64,000 nucleotides of DNA, from NCBI RefSeq assembly GCF_000143415.4, contig NW_003314433.1:109375-173374 (forward strand). The letters are read 5' to 3'. The first letter of the stretch is position 1. Each line of letters starts with the position of its first letter. The stretch is from Selaginella moellendorffii (lineage: Eukaryota; Plantae; Lycopodiophyta). The notes under the pieces were generated by a model. That model was not told where the DNA came from and did no database searches. It worked only from the letters and a program-made list of their open reading frames with translations. Shown in pieces: positions 34,149 to 46,709 of this stretch. Position numbers and translations under genes: made by a program.

Positions 34149-36295
34149 ATTGAAGCTTGCCATGAGGCAAGGCTATCAAGGTTAGGGAAGTAGTTCCCGA
34201 GTGTTCAAAGAGAGGGCTTTGAACGAAAGTCGATGGTCAAGGACTTTCACGCTTATGCAGGAACCATGTTACAGTGGTCGGAGGACTTGCCAAGCGAGAT
34301 TGGCAAGTCAGGGGAACAAATACCCTAGTTGAAGGTGATAACTTCAAAAAGGGTGGGCCATGGGGCCAAGCATGGAGGAGTCCATGCATGATCACAGACT
34401 TGTCAAGTGAGAGGACTTGGTAGTGTGGAGGAACTAGGTTCCTAAGTTGTGATCTGTAGCGCGCTTTAAATATAGGTTGGTGCACCGGCGTGGGGAGTCA
34501 CGCCAAGCATCTTGTGTGATGCCGTCCGTAGATGCATATACGGAGGTTGGGTTCGAGTCCCGACCCTCTAGTGCTTGGGTTCGAGTCCCAAATCACTAGG
34601 GCGTGGTGATGGTTTGGAATATGAGGACACTCATATTTCGGTGGTCATGGACTCTCAGTGTGGAGACTGGTTTGGGCACACCGCCAAGCGAGGGATGCCT
34701 CGGAGTCGTGATGCACAGTTAGATTGCTTAGTGTGAAAGCTCGGCATATTTAACTTGAACGCTTTGGTGCAACTGGCACCAAGGTCGTGGTGAGTGAGAT
34801 GGGGACACCTAATCTCAGTTGCTATGAACCCCCAAGTTGGCCGTAAGGGCTAGCTTGGGTGCACCGCCAAGTGTGGGGGATGCCCCCGGGGTTATAGTCA
34901 ACAACTTGGAGGTCTAGAAGACCAAGTACCTCTTGGCAACTCTGTTAAGGTGCCAAGGTGAGATCACTAGATGATCTTATGGCCAAATAAGGACAATGTC
35001 CTTGGTTGGCTAAAGAATGAAGTTCCTGGTTTAAAATGTTGAAATTAAACTGTTTAAGGTGGTGTGGCTTGGTCGTGATGACCAAGTGGGAAGAGCACCT
35101 AAGGGAAATAAACTATGTCCGTGCGATGGCATAGTGAGTCCAAGGAAAGTAGTCTCTATAAAAGACCCATGGGAGGGTCACGAAGTTGGGCCGTGGATAA
35201 AGCCCATAGCAGAAGATGCTAAAGAGACGTATTAGGGGTGAATATCCTTCGGACTTGGCAAAGAAGAGTCTTTGCTATGGAACCGAAAGGATACCTCAAA
35301 AATGGAGGTAGCGATCCTATGTTGCTAGGTGCAACAATCAAGGATAGGAGCAAAGGACTAGTGGCCAAGTTTGGGCCATGGAATTTAATGGAAGGGATCC
35401 AAATGGCAAAGTTAGCCAAGGAACACTAATGTATTCGATGTTAACAGCTTGTGGGAAAGGAAGTGGACTTCCAAGGATGGATTCCTAAGTGCTTCAATTT
35501 GGCGAAGTAAAAGCTCCAAGTGAGGGAGTGGTAAGGTAGCCAAATGATAGAGCCATGGACAACCCTAGCACAAAGTATGATAAATGGAACTTAGTGCCCA
35601 AGGTGGCACGAAAAAGAAGAGAGGATGCTGGTGCCCTCAAGTAATGAACTTCCTAGGATGGGGAAGTGGAGTTGCACAATCTGTGCAATGCAAGGTGTTG
35701 GAGACACTTAGGAAATTGACTTCCAAAAGTCAAAAGAGTAAAAGTTCCAAGGTGCAAACGTTCAATAGATAGAAATTGAGATTACTCGAGGAGTAGTGGG
35801 ATTGACTTAGAGAAGGGTCTCTAAGAGGTTTAGCGAGAACTAAACCAATAAAAGGAGAGAACCACTACATGTGGTCCAAAGAGTCTCTAAGTTGGGGAGA
35901 CTACCCTCCTTAGAGGATGGACAAGGCATGGTGAGCCTTTGGTGTCAAACCATAGACAAAGATTGGCTAGGTGCCAAGGATGGAAATGGTAACACGTGTG
36001 GGTGTTACTTTATGAAAGGGTTTACCGTTCGATGAGGACATCGAACTTCGTCTATGGGTGGTGGAGTTGTGAGACACAAAATCCCTAGGCCCCAAAGTGG
36101 AGCCCGAAGGGTGCCATGTGGTAGTGGCCGAAGTGAAAGCCAAACGAGTGTAACACGTTTGGGCCAAAAGCTCCGACTTGAAAGGTCGAGAGCGGGAGTG
36201 GAACTCCTAACGAAGTGCTCAAGGAATGAGCACAAGGCGAGCAATAAGCGAGGCTCCAAAAAGGGACCCAAAAGGACCAACACATGACACGTGGA

Positions 36296-36890
36296 GGAGT
36301 CTGAGATGGAGTCCGAGATGGACCCGAGGTGGAGTCCGAGATGGACCCGAGATGGAGTCTGAGGTGGACCCGAGATGGACCCGAGATGGAGTCCGAGATG
36401 GAGTCCGAGATGGACCCGAGGTGGAGTCCGAGATGGACCCGAGATGGAGTCCGAGATGGACCTGAGGTGGAGTCCGAGATGGACCCGAGATGGAGTCCGA
36501 GATGGACCCGAGATGGACCCGAGATGGAGTCCAAGATGGAGTCCGAGATGGACCCGAGGTGGAGTCCGAGATGGACCCGAGATGGAGTCCAAGGTGGACC
36601 CGAGATGGACCCGAGATGGAGTCCGAGATGGAGTCCGAGATGGACCCGAGGTGGAGTCCGAGATGGACCCGAGATGGAGTCCGAGATGGACCCGAGATGG
36701 AGTCCGAGATGGACCCGAGATGGAGTCCGAAGTCGAGACCGAGACCGGGACCGAGACCGAGACCGAGATCGGGACCGAGACCGAGACCAAGGCCAAGGCC
36801 GAGACCGAGCCCGAGCCCGAGCCCGAGTCCGAGTCCGAATCCGAGTCCGAGTCCGAGTCCGAGTCCGAGTCCGAGTCCGAGTCCGAGCCT
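36296..36890 (+). repeat. Tandem array in the 3' LTR (same units, different copy number)
   Basis: Read directly from the sequence. Confidence 0.95.
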
Positions 36891-39800
36891 GAGAGGGTGA
36901 AAGCCCAAAGCGTTCGTCTCCCAGACCCTGGGGGGTTTGGTGAGCTCCAAAAGTATAGTAGGGGGAGGACTGCAGTGGAGCCAGTTTGGCCCAGGAAGGC
37001 CGGACCTAGTGTTGGGTGATGAGCTGCCCACTGGGAAGTCCAAGACTAGAGTGAACACGGACCGACAAGCGGGGTAGCTTGGTGAAGTGTTCAAGAGCCG
37101 GCTCTAGTTCCCCCGGGAGATCGACTGGCCGATGCTCCTAGTCCAAGTGTGGGTGGCACTACCTACTTGGATACCTGGTGTGGCTCAACGGAACCCGCTC
37201 TAAGCCCATGGCTAGAGCACCCAAGGGCAGAAGGCGAGGAGAGTACCCAGGTGGCTTGCGTAAGGCCACGGTGTTTCGAAATGTTGTCCCAAAGGCCCAG
37301 ACTGTGGAAAGGAAGAGGAGCAGTCCTCTGGGGTAGTGACCAAGGACACAGTCGTGTGGTGAGGAAGTCCCAGAGGACCGTGGGACTTAGTGGTCGGGCC
37401 TGTGGGTCTCGATCCAGTGGCAGTGTTGGCAAACACGGCCAGGGGCAGAAAGGGACTTAGTGGGGACTGACAGAGGGATATTGGGGAAGGCTATTCCCCT
37501 TGTCGGTGGGCATCCTAAGGATGCTAAGGAGTGGATCTCAGATGACCACTCACGGATGGTTTGCCTAGTCTTGGAGAGCCAAGACTGTGATGCAAGTGGT
37601 AATGGACTACCAGCGTGGCAAAGGTGATTGGGCATGGCCTTAGCGTAACAGACTGCCATGTCGGTGGTACCTTTGAGTGTCGGTCATGGGATCGGACACG
37701 GGGAGCACTTGGACCAAGTGCAAATGTTGAGTGGCATGGATGCCATTCTCAGGGCTAGCAAGTCCCAAGTCCTGGATTGGACTTATGGAGGTTGTGAATG
37801 AGACTCCTCCAAGTGGTCGGAGGTGTGGTTAAGTGACTAAAGTAGAATGGAAAATTTAGTCCCTTACACTTAAATATCTCTTGCACATCTTCCGCTTTGG
37901 GATTTGTAATTAGCTTGCTTTTGAGAAGACATGAATCCAAAAAGCTTATGAGCTTTCCCTTGGTTTCATCCACCATTGCATTCACTATCTCTCTAGCACC
38001 AGCAAAATGTCCTCCAACTTTGGCCCCAATAAATAATAGGATCAATGTATATTTAAGTACTGGAGCAAATTTATTGAGCCAATTTGGTGGGATATTCAAT
38101 TCAACACCTTCAGAACTCTTCACTTGATGACCTTTAGAAGTTCCTTGAGGCCATTCACACAAATAGTGAAGTCTACCATGTGTTCCCAATATTTTACTGT
38201 AATTTTTCCACCTATTATTCTCATCAAGAATATATGGATATTTTGGGCAATCTGTCTCCAATTTCAATAATACTTGAAAACACGTTGTATGGATTGCATT
38301 CACTTTATCCATGATAGACTTGAGTCCATTCTTCAGCTCGTTAAGGCTTACTTCAATGTTATCAAGTTTTGTATCCAATTTGTCAAACCGGTTCTCCATT
38401 TTATCAAACTTCTTATCAAAATATCTAAAGATTGCATCGAGTTTTGGGTCTTCAATGTTCGAAAACTCAACAACATCTGATGATGCTTTGGGAATTGTGA
38501 CTTCTCTAACCTCCTCATAGTCCTTCAAAAATTCATAAAGTTCAATAAACTTCTTTACCCCTTCATGTTTTTGCTCGTTAGGCATCAATAGCTTAGCCAA
38601 AGCATTCCATCTGAGACTTTCAAATCGTTAATCACATCCCAACTCTCTACTTCATGTGAATCATTCCAAGTATGAGAGTAGTCTAAACCGCTTTCTCTTG
38701 CTTCACATTTGACTTGCTTTAATGGATAAATAACTGCATCCCATGATTTTGGTTTGCCCACATTATTTAGTATCCTTCTCCACACATAACCACGTCTCAT
38801 TACATTTTCTTCAATTTCCAAACATGGGCAATCCTCCAAACATACCCCAATAATGCAATTTCTAATTTTTTCCATCCATCCTTTAGCTTCCTTTTCCAAA
38901 TCTGGCCTTAGTGTATTCTCTACCTCTTTTGGGTAATAGATGATGACATCAACCCATTGCCTATCTTTCCAATTGTCTGTGTCTCCCCCAACTCTCACAA
39001 TTGTCTTGATAAGGTTTTCTTTCAAAGCCACCCATCCATTCCCAAGCCTGAAATCTTTCTTGCTTAATTTGTGAAGTTTAACTTGGATCTTTGTGAAAAT
39101 ACTTGCAGGAAACAATTTCAAGTCCTTGTCTTTGCATTCAAACCTCCTGCCCCAGTAGTTGTGGTTTTTTTGAGTGTCAATTGGCACTGAGGGTGACAAT
39201 AAATATTCTGGAGGTGAATATTCTTCTTGCAATAGTGTTGGCATTCTCAACTCTTTGGGCAAGTTATGCCAATTCCCATCCCATGTATCATCCCAAGGCA
39301 ATATCACTCCCATCTCATGGAGCACTCCAAGAATGTACTCCACTATTTTGTCTTGGTTCCCACATTGTTGCTTCAACTGATGTTTAACTCTGTGTGTTTC
39401 CATTTGACTTTTGAGTTTGCTTGTCTCAGTATGTATGAAGAGTTGCACCACATCCCTCATAAACCATTGGACATCTAAGATGACAAATTGAGACACAATG
39501 TCGTCCTCTTCATGTCCCAAGCCAAAGTAAATTGCATCACCAGAATCATGTAGAAATTGCAAGACGAATTTGAGAACATCCTTGGAACTCCTGTGAGGCA
39601 AAAGGATTTTGCCAACTTTATCTAGGGGTATGACCTTCTTGTGAGTTGGATCTTGTACCAATTTCCTCTTTGCTTTGAGACATTCCCGTGGTATTTTTTG
39701 CTGGGCTGACAGCAGTTCTTCCAAGCAACTCCCCAACATGGTTTTTATCCCCCTTAAATCTTTCACTTGAGTGGCCACCACCTCAAAACAAAGATCTGTC

Positions 39801-42129
39801 CCAAACTCAAGTACTTGCTCATAGCCTTTGTCGGAGATTATTGCAGAAACCACCTCCTTTGGGTCAAAGTCGGGTTCTGGAGTGAAAAAGTTCGAGGCAA
39901 TCAAGACCCTGGGCTTCCTTTTGGGTGAGGCTGATTGATGTGAAGCGATGAACCTCAGCCAGTAAACCAAATTCTGCTTGAAAACGTCACAATTGTCATC
40001 CTCCACCTTGCATACGATCAAGAAGAGATCGTTCTCACTTCCTCTGAGAAAGTACTGGTGGAAAGCATGGAACTCTTCCTGTCCAGCCAGGTCGCAAATG
40101 AGCAGCTTTTGTTTGGTGGTCGCATAGACAAGTGGTTGCAGCTCAATGCCTGCTGTTGAAGCATGCCTTTGGAGACATGATGGAAACCAAGACACTCTGC
40201 GGCAGAGGTTTTTTTTTATTGTGGTCTTTCCAACCCTGCTAGCACCACACAAGAAGAGCTTTGCTGTTGACGGGTTGTCAAAGTCTTTGAATGCACTCTG
40301 CTGGAAGATTGCATTCCGCTCTAAAAGACCAGAACACCTCTGCTTGAAAGCTTCAGAAGCTTCGGAATCCCAGCCTAGATCAAGCTCTTCCACGAGGCTT
40401 TGGTAGTTTTCCTCCAGGGCAGCCAGAATTTGTCTTTTCTGTGCATCACTTGTAAGATCAGGAGCCCTGAATCTGCGCACCTTGCATTTTGGATCCCCCA
40501 GCAACTGGCAAAGCTCTTCCAGGTTTTCAAATTTTCGCTCAGATATTTTCAAGTCTTCAATGCTGCTTCCCAAAAGGCACCTCCATGGCAGTTCCGACTC
40601 ACACAACAAAGCTTTCAGAGACTTGCAGCTGGAGATAGCTTTCCAAAAGAGCTCCCCATTCGTGATTTTGCAACTCCATATACCCAAATGCTCCAGTTGG
40701 CTCTTCTCTATGCCCTCGGCAAACTCCAACGTTAACTCATCTTGTCCACCACTTATTACCAAATGGCGCAGCTTACAATGTGGACTTGAGAGGGCTGACC
40801 ACAGACTGCTGTCACCGACCATTCCTCCTCCCTCGTTGGGCGAAAAAAGATGAAGCTTGATCAGCTTGCAATTGGGATTTTGTAGCGCTTTGCCCAACCA
40901 TCCACCACCTGGATAAAGAGTAACGCTGAGTTCCTCCAAGCCACACTTAGCGCTGCTCAGGGCCTCACCCAGGCCCGTTGCATTGCTCAGGTCCTCACTC
41001 TGTCTCATTTCTTGGCAATCTAAAACTGACAGGCTGGTGCCCTCCTGAAGAGCCTTGCATACCCATGGCAACACTGCAGGATCAGTTTCCCAAAGTAGGT
41101 TTAGTCTTTGCAGTGAACAGCTTGGACAAGTGAGTGCCTTGAAGAGTGCTTCACCTGCCTCCTCTGGAAACGAATATGCCTGCAGTGCCACTAGCTTATT
41201 GCAAATGCCATTCTGAAATGCCTGTTCCCACCGTGCCTTGCCTAAACCCTCATCTCTGATGGCTAACTCTTCCACCTTGCACTCCTGACTTGCCAGATCC
41301 CTACTCAATTTCCCAAATCCTTCCACTGTCATCCTGTTCCCCAGCAATTGGAGACGTTTCAAGTTGTTTCCTGGTTTCCTAAGGAGTTGGCTAAGGAGAG
41401 TCTCTGGGTTCCCAACATTGCGCAAGCAGAGCTCTGTCAAGCAGTCGAGCTGAGCAAAGGCCAACTCAAGCTCCTGAGGTGGTGTGAGGATGTCTTTGCC
41501 TAGCCAATTGAATTCTAGCCCTTTCAAGACCTTGAATTCCTCTGTCATCGTCAGTAGCTTTGCAAACCTCTGCATCTCAATCTGCCAAATATCCTGTCCC
41601 TGCTGAGGAGGAGCAATGCCCTCTGCCACCCTTTGCATTCGATCACTGGGAATGCCCAACCTACAAGCGACCCTGGCAACGGCGTTGATGAATCTGATGT
41701 CGAGCTGTGGTACCAAAGCGGCCTTGAGAATGTCAATGTGAGCAGCAGCAGCAGCAGACGAACTGCCATCACCAGGAGCATCTCCCACATCCAGAGCCCT
41801 GTCTAACCAGGGTGGATTTGAAATGCACCAGTTGAGCACACCAATCAGATCCTCCTCTGTGCCTCCAAACCACTCGACGGTAGCACTCACCTCATCAACA
41901 AACTCACCTTTGGATGCGTCAAGCGCCTCCAGCTTCCCGATGTGCCCACAATAAAACCCAATCGTATTGAAGTGCCGCTTGTTGTCCCGCTTCGCTGCGA
42001 GAGCCTCCTTGATCTCCTTGACAGAGATACAGTAGGTCCACACTCGTCGCTCCTCCTCCATGGAAGTTTGCCCTGGATCGAAGGGACAGTGGAGAGCACG
42101 AGTAAACTTGTAAAAGTGAACCTTGCCAG

Positions 42130-42260
42130 CAGTGGAAGCAAAGCAGTAAAGAAAGTATGCCAGCTGTGCAAGAAAAGCAAAGCATATGCCAGCTGTGCAA
42201 GAAAAGCAAAGCATATGCCAGCTGTGGAAGCAAAGCCATCGTATGGAAGCAAAGCGGACA
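42130..42260 (-). repeat. ~29-bp tandem repeats (GCATATGCCAGCTGTG core) in the ROCO copy 2 leader; mirrored at ~48915-49030
   Basis: Read directly. GCATATGC occurs at 42182, 42211, 48939 and 48963. Confidence 0.8.
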
Positions 42261-42297
42261 GTACAAGCAAGAGTTAATTTAGGTTTTAGGGTTCTTC

Positions 42298-44286
42298 GAG
42301 CAAGACGGCCGAGAAGCGAGCTCATCGCGACGAGAAGAAGGTGTGGGACGAGGATGATATTGATGCGATCTTGGTAAGCAAAGCACTGGCCAAAGACTCT
42401 CAATCGTTTTCCTTCTTGTCAGGCTAAACTCCACGAGGAGAGAGCAAAGAAGAGCGAAATTCATGTCGATGAGAATGTAGCAGCTCCTTCACCACAATGC
42501 AATTGCTCTGTGCGTAAGAACTCGATTGAAATCTCCACTCTGGAAGCTCACATTCTCTAGAATTCTTCTTTTCTTGCGTTTCAGGTGACTGTAAATCCCG
42601 TCAAGGACACTGCGCTGATCGTCCATGGAGGTGAATACCAACAATGGTGACAAGGTTTGTGGTTAGTTTCGCTACGGTGATTTGATCTTCGTGTTTGCTA
42701 TGCTAGACTTACGTTTATGGTGATCTCTACCAATACAACATCGAGAAGAACGAGTGGAAGCCTGTCACCAGTCCAAACTCTCCTCCCCGAGAAGCGCTCA
42801 CCAGGGGGTTGCGTGGAAAAACTGGCGCTTCAGTTTTGGTATGATGTATTTTTCAGGACTTCTCTTGATTTTGGCAGTGTAGGTGGTGAATTCGGTTTCA
42901 TCACTATAAGGTGACTTACAAGAGAGTTCTTGCAGGATTTATGGAGACTGGATTTAAACACAAACGTGTGGCGGGAGCAGCTTCAACTAAAAGGCTGTCC
43001 AGGTGCTCGTTCCGGACATAGATTGGTATGTATTGCGCTTCTAAACATAATCTTTATTTTTTTCTTTCTTGCCACAGAAACATAAACTTATTCTATTTGG
43101 TGGATTTTATGACACGCTGAGGGAAGAAAGGTCGGCCGTTTCAGCAGTGTAGATGTTTAGTATTGAATTTTTGACACAGGTACTTCAATAATCTTTAAGT
43201 GCTGGATTTAGACGATTATAAGGTTTGTTTCTGTCGCTCATCGCTCTTCCTTGTTTTTTAACAACTAAACTGATTTCCTTTTGCAGGTGATTCCCTGCAC
43301 AGCGTTTTTATGATCGAGATGTATATGCTTTCCAGATGGTTTGTATCTCGTCGATTTTTTTAAAATTATCTAAACACCATCGCTCGCAGGTATCCTTTGG
43401 AGCTTCTCAAGCCAAAGAGCCTAAAGATTAAGGTATGGCAATCTGAGATTGTGTAGTGGTTAAGTGTGCATCCAAAGCAGAAGAAAGTGGCTGATCCAAA
43501 TGTGGAAAATGCGTCTCAACGTTGAGCGTTCTGCTTGAAGGTTGTTGCCTGGTGGAAGAATGAATGCTGGAATGGTCGTTGGAAAGGATACTTTGTTTCT
43601 GTATGGAGGTATGAAAGAAGTCGGCAAAAAAAAAGTGACACGACGACCTTTCCTCGCTGGACCTTCGATGTGTGGAAGTGCATTATTGAGGTTAGTATGA
43701 TCGAGCCATCATCCAGCCTCATACTAATGTCTCAAGCAGGAAACACAAAGCGCGTGGATTGAAGCTAGTAAGGAGAAAGGCGAAACTGATGGTGACAACA
43801 GTCACCATGCTGGATCGATTAATAAAGGAAAAGACGAAGAGGACGATGACGAGGTAGTAAAAAAGAAGGATGTAAGAAAACTTGTCGGTTTCCTTTTGTA
43901 TTCTAGGATGCAGTGGAGTCACTGTGAAGAGGCAGCTGCTATTCTTAGGGGCGAAGGCAAAAAGCTGACACAGAAAGCACGGAAATTAAAGATCGATCCG
44001 AGCTGGGCCTGGCTGATTCCCAACAAACACTTTTGGTGAGTGCTGATAGTAGTTCATCTTCCTGTTTTGTTATTGATTTGTCTTTCAGCCTGGAGAAACG
44101 CTGAGGGATTTTTTATCTTGGACGATCATGTGTTGGCAAATGGCACCTTACGATCACACCCAACACACTGGAAAGGTGACAACGCAGGTTTTCTTTCGCT
44201 CGTTCTTCATGCTCTATGCATCTATCAGGAGCTCAGGAAGGATGGATTTGACTTGGCAAAGAGACGCTACAGAGAACTTAAACCCG
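42298..44286 (+). pseudogene. Kelch-domain/DUF4110 gene (KLHDC4-like), degraded and truncated at the spacer
   Basis: Exons read DEDDIDAIL, VYGDLYQYNIEKNEW, GCPGARSGHR, HKLILFGGFYDTLRE and WQMAPYDHTQHTGK|ELRKDGFDLAKRRYRELKP. Confidence 0.85.
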
Positions 44287-45506
44287 GTTGGGGTCCACGT
44301 CGTCAACAAAACGATGCGGATCAATGTTAAAAACCCACAGACTGGTACGTGCAATGCTTTACAGCCAGAAGTTTTGGCTTTCTTAGCGAAAAATCGTGCA
44401 GAATCTGGCAAGGAAAAGGAAAAGTATAATCGGGCCACTAACATTGCGAATGGAAGATAAGCTAAAATGCATTTATTTTCGTTCTCTTTCTTTCTGCGTG
44501 GTATGGCGGACTTCTCTCAGCATATCCCGAGCTCCATATCCAGTGATTCAAAGCAAAGTTCTCACCCTTATACCCCTCTTTGATGATAGTCGGGCAATTA
44601 TCACACCACTATTCTTCCATGTCTTGTGTGTCTCTAGTCGGCCAACCAGAGTATAAAATGCGCCCACCACCTTCATTGCAAACTCCCCCCGCTCCCTCTT
44701 CCTCTCGCAGAAGGAGAGAAGGCTCCAAGTTTTTGAGTGAGCAAAGGGCTCTCACCTCGAGAACTCGACAAGCTCTCTCGATTCCAAGCTTGGCTCCTTC
44801 GGTTATTCTTCTCCTCTTTGTCCCCTTGCAAGAGTAAGTTTTTTCTTTGCTTTCGTAGTTCTGAGCTTGCGATTCTTTCAGTTTGGTTGCGCCAGCAATC
44901 GGGACTCTGACGAAACAAAACGCTCCATAAGCGTGATTTCCAGAAAGAGTACGTGCCTCGCTTCCTTCCATGCTTTAGATGCTCAAATGATTCTTTCATT
45001 CCCTTTCGCTCCATAAATTCCCTTTCTCGTGTTGACAAGAAAAGAGTTGAAGTGTGTGAGAGTGTGTGTAAGTGTGTAACTTACGACAGCTTCTTTTCAT
45101 GTAGATTCCCCTGCATTCCCTGTCCTTTTGCTTCCTTTTTTAGTTCCATAGGCCAATGGATCGCTTGCTTCTTCTCTCCTCCTGCGCTCTGCTGCGTCAG
45201 TTTCACTCGGGAAAACGTATTCTTATGTAATTGTTCGCTGGCCTCGGTGAGAAACGAAGGCTTTCCCCCTTTTTTCCAGAGATGATCTTAAGGCGCTGTT
45301 TTCTTGTGAGAATTGGTGATGATTCCACGCCACCATTTGTCTCGTCATATGCTCACTGCCACTGTTCTTCCTCTGCTTCCAGAGCACAGGCGCCAGAAAA
45401 GTTTGAAGAGGCATTCTGAACTTGACACCATTTCCTCCAGGTATTTCATCTCTTGCTTGATCGTTTTCTTGACGATGTTCGCCTCAGGTAATCCAAGCTT
45501 TCAGAC

Positions 45507-46416
45507 ATGGTGAAGTTCCAGAAGCAGCTGGAGGGCCAGCTCGTCCCAGAGTGGCGGGTGAAGTACTGCGACTACAAGCAGCTCAAGAAAGTTGTCAAGA
45601 GAATCAAAACCCAGATCCTACATACCAAGAACCAGCAGCACAAGGTGTTCGATCCAAATGTCTTCTCGGTTGACAAGAGCAAGCTTGAAAACTTGCTGCA
45701 AAATCCCAGCGCCATCCTGAGCAGCTGCTGCGAACAATCCATATCCTCGGAAACGTCCATGGTCTGTGATGATGGTCTAAAACACTTCAATATGATCAGG
45801 TTGTGCACAAGACGAGAATTGGAGATGGCGAGGATTTTTACGAGACAGAGCTGTTTGGAACTCGATCGGATCACGAAAAGAGCTTCTTTTTCGGCCTTGA
45901 CGATCAGCTCAACAAAGTGGACAAGTTTTTTAGATGCAAGGAAGACGAGTACGATGCTCAAGCACGGCAACTTCACATCCAAATGGAAGAGCTCATCCCT
46001 ATGCAAGGTTCGTTCTAGCAGCCTCTAATTCTGTGGCACTTAACTTGGAATCGTTTGATCTCTGCCATGTTGTAGATGACGAATCTCAGAGCTTGAAGGG
46101 GAGCCCGGCAACAAAGGAAAGGTTCAGCGAGCAGCCAAGATGCTCCAGACGGCCTTTGTCGAATTTTATCGTGGGCTTCGACTCCTAAGAAACTTCAGGT
46201 GAATGACCTCTATACGATTGATCCATGTTCTCAAAGTGTTGACAACTTACTTGGCAGCTCCTTGAACATGATGGCATTCGTCAAGATCCGCAAGAAATAT
46301 GAAAAGGTACTTATGGAAAATGGAAAATTAGTGCAGACTTCTAAAAAGGTTTTTTAAATTTTCAGGTGACTGGAGTCTGGCAGTCGAAAACTCTCACTTT
46401 GCAACGTCGGACAAGG
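45507..46416 (+). pseudogene. PHO1: PHO1-family SPX 5' fragment (spacer copy 2)
   Basis: Motifs [31 protein letters not shown]|SSLNMMAFVKIRKKY and ENSHFATSDK. No EXS domain. Confidence 0.87.
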
Positions 46417-46709
46417 TGTGAAGAAATTTTCCTTTTGAGGGTCTTGCTGATGGAATTTCATTGCTCCAATGCACTCCAAGCGAGCAATCATGGAAATATA
46501 AACTTTATCCTGGGTAAGAGCAGGATATCCATTTCATGCATTCGGACCGTCGTTATTAATTAACCTTCTATCACCATTGATGATGCGACGCAGAGATTGT
46601 ATACTAGTGGTTTCATGGCAATGGCATTGCCTCTAGAAAAGGAAAGCAGTCACCATACCTTTGGGAATAACTGTAATCTATTCATTTAATTTTCAGCTAG
46701 AACTTTCAG

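Larger units (their letters stand above)
30202..37868 (+). mobile_element. Non-autonomous long-LTR retroelement (LARD-like)
   Basis: ~1.8-kb TG..CA LTRs at 30202-32008 and 36068-37868. TSD CTTAA at 30197-30201 and 37869-37873. PBS at 32012-32023. The ~4-kb interior has no long ORF. Confidence 0.93.
30098..42061 (-). pseudogene. LRR-Roc-COR copy 2 (ATG 42061), with a 1-bp frameshift at ~38607 and an LTR element inserted near its 3' end
   Basis: ORFs 38585..42403 and 37755..38600. The terminal peptide KLVTT..EKYFALHPIILEGKQI resumes at 30201-30098. Confidence 0.9.

Noticed and set aside
32024-36067. Possible gag/pol remnants in the long-LTR element interior
   Set aside because: No recognisable RT, integrase or zinc-knuckle motif could be read, so the superfamily is left unassigned.
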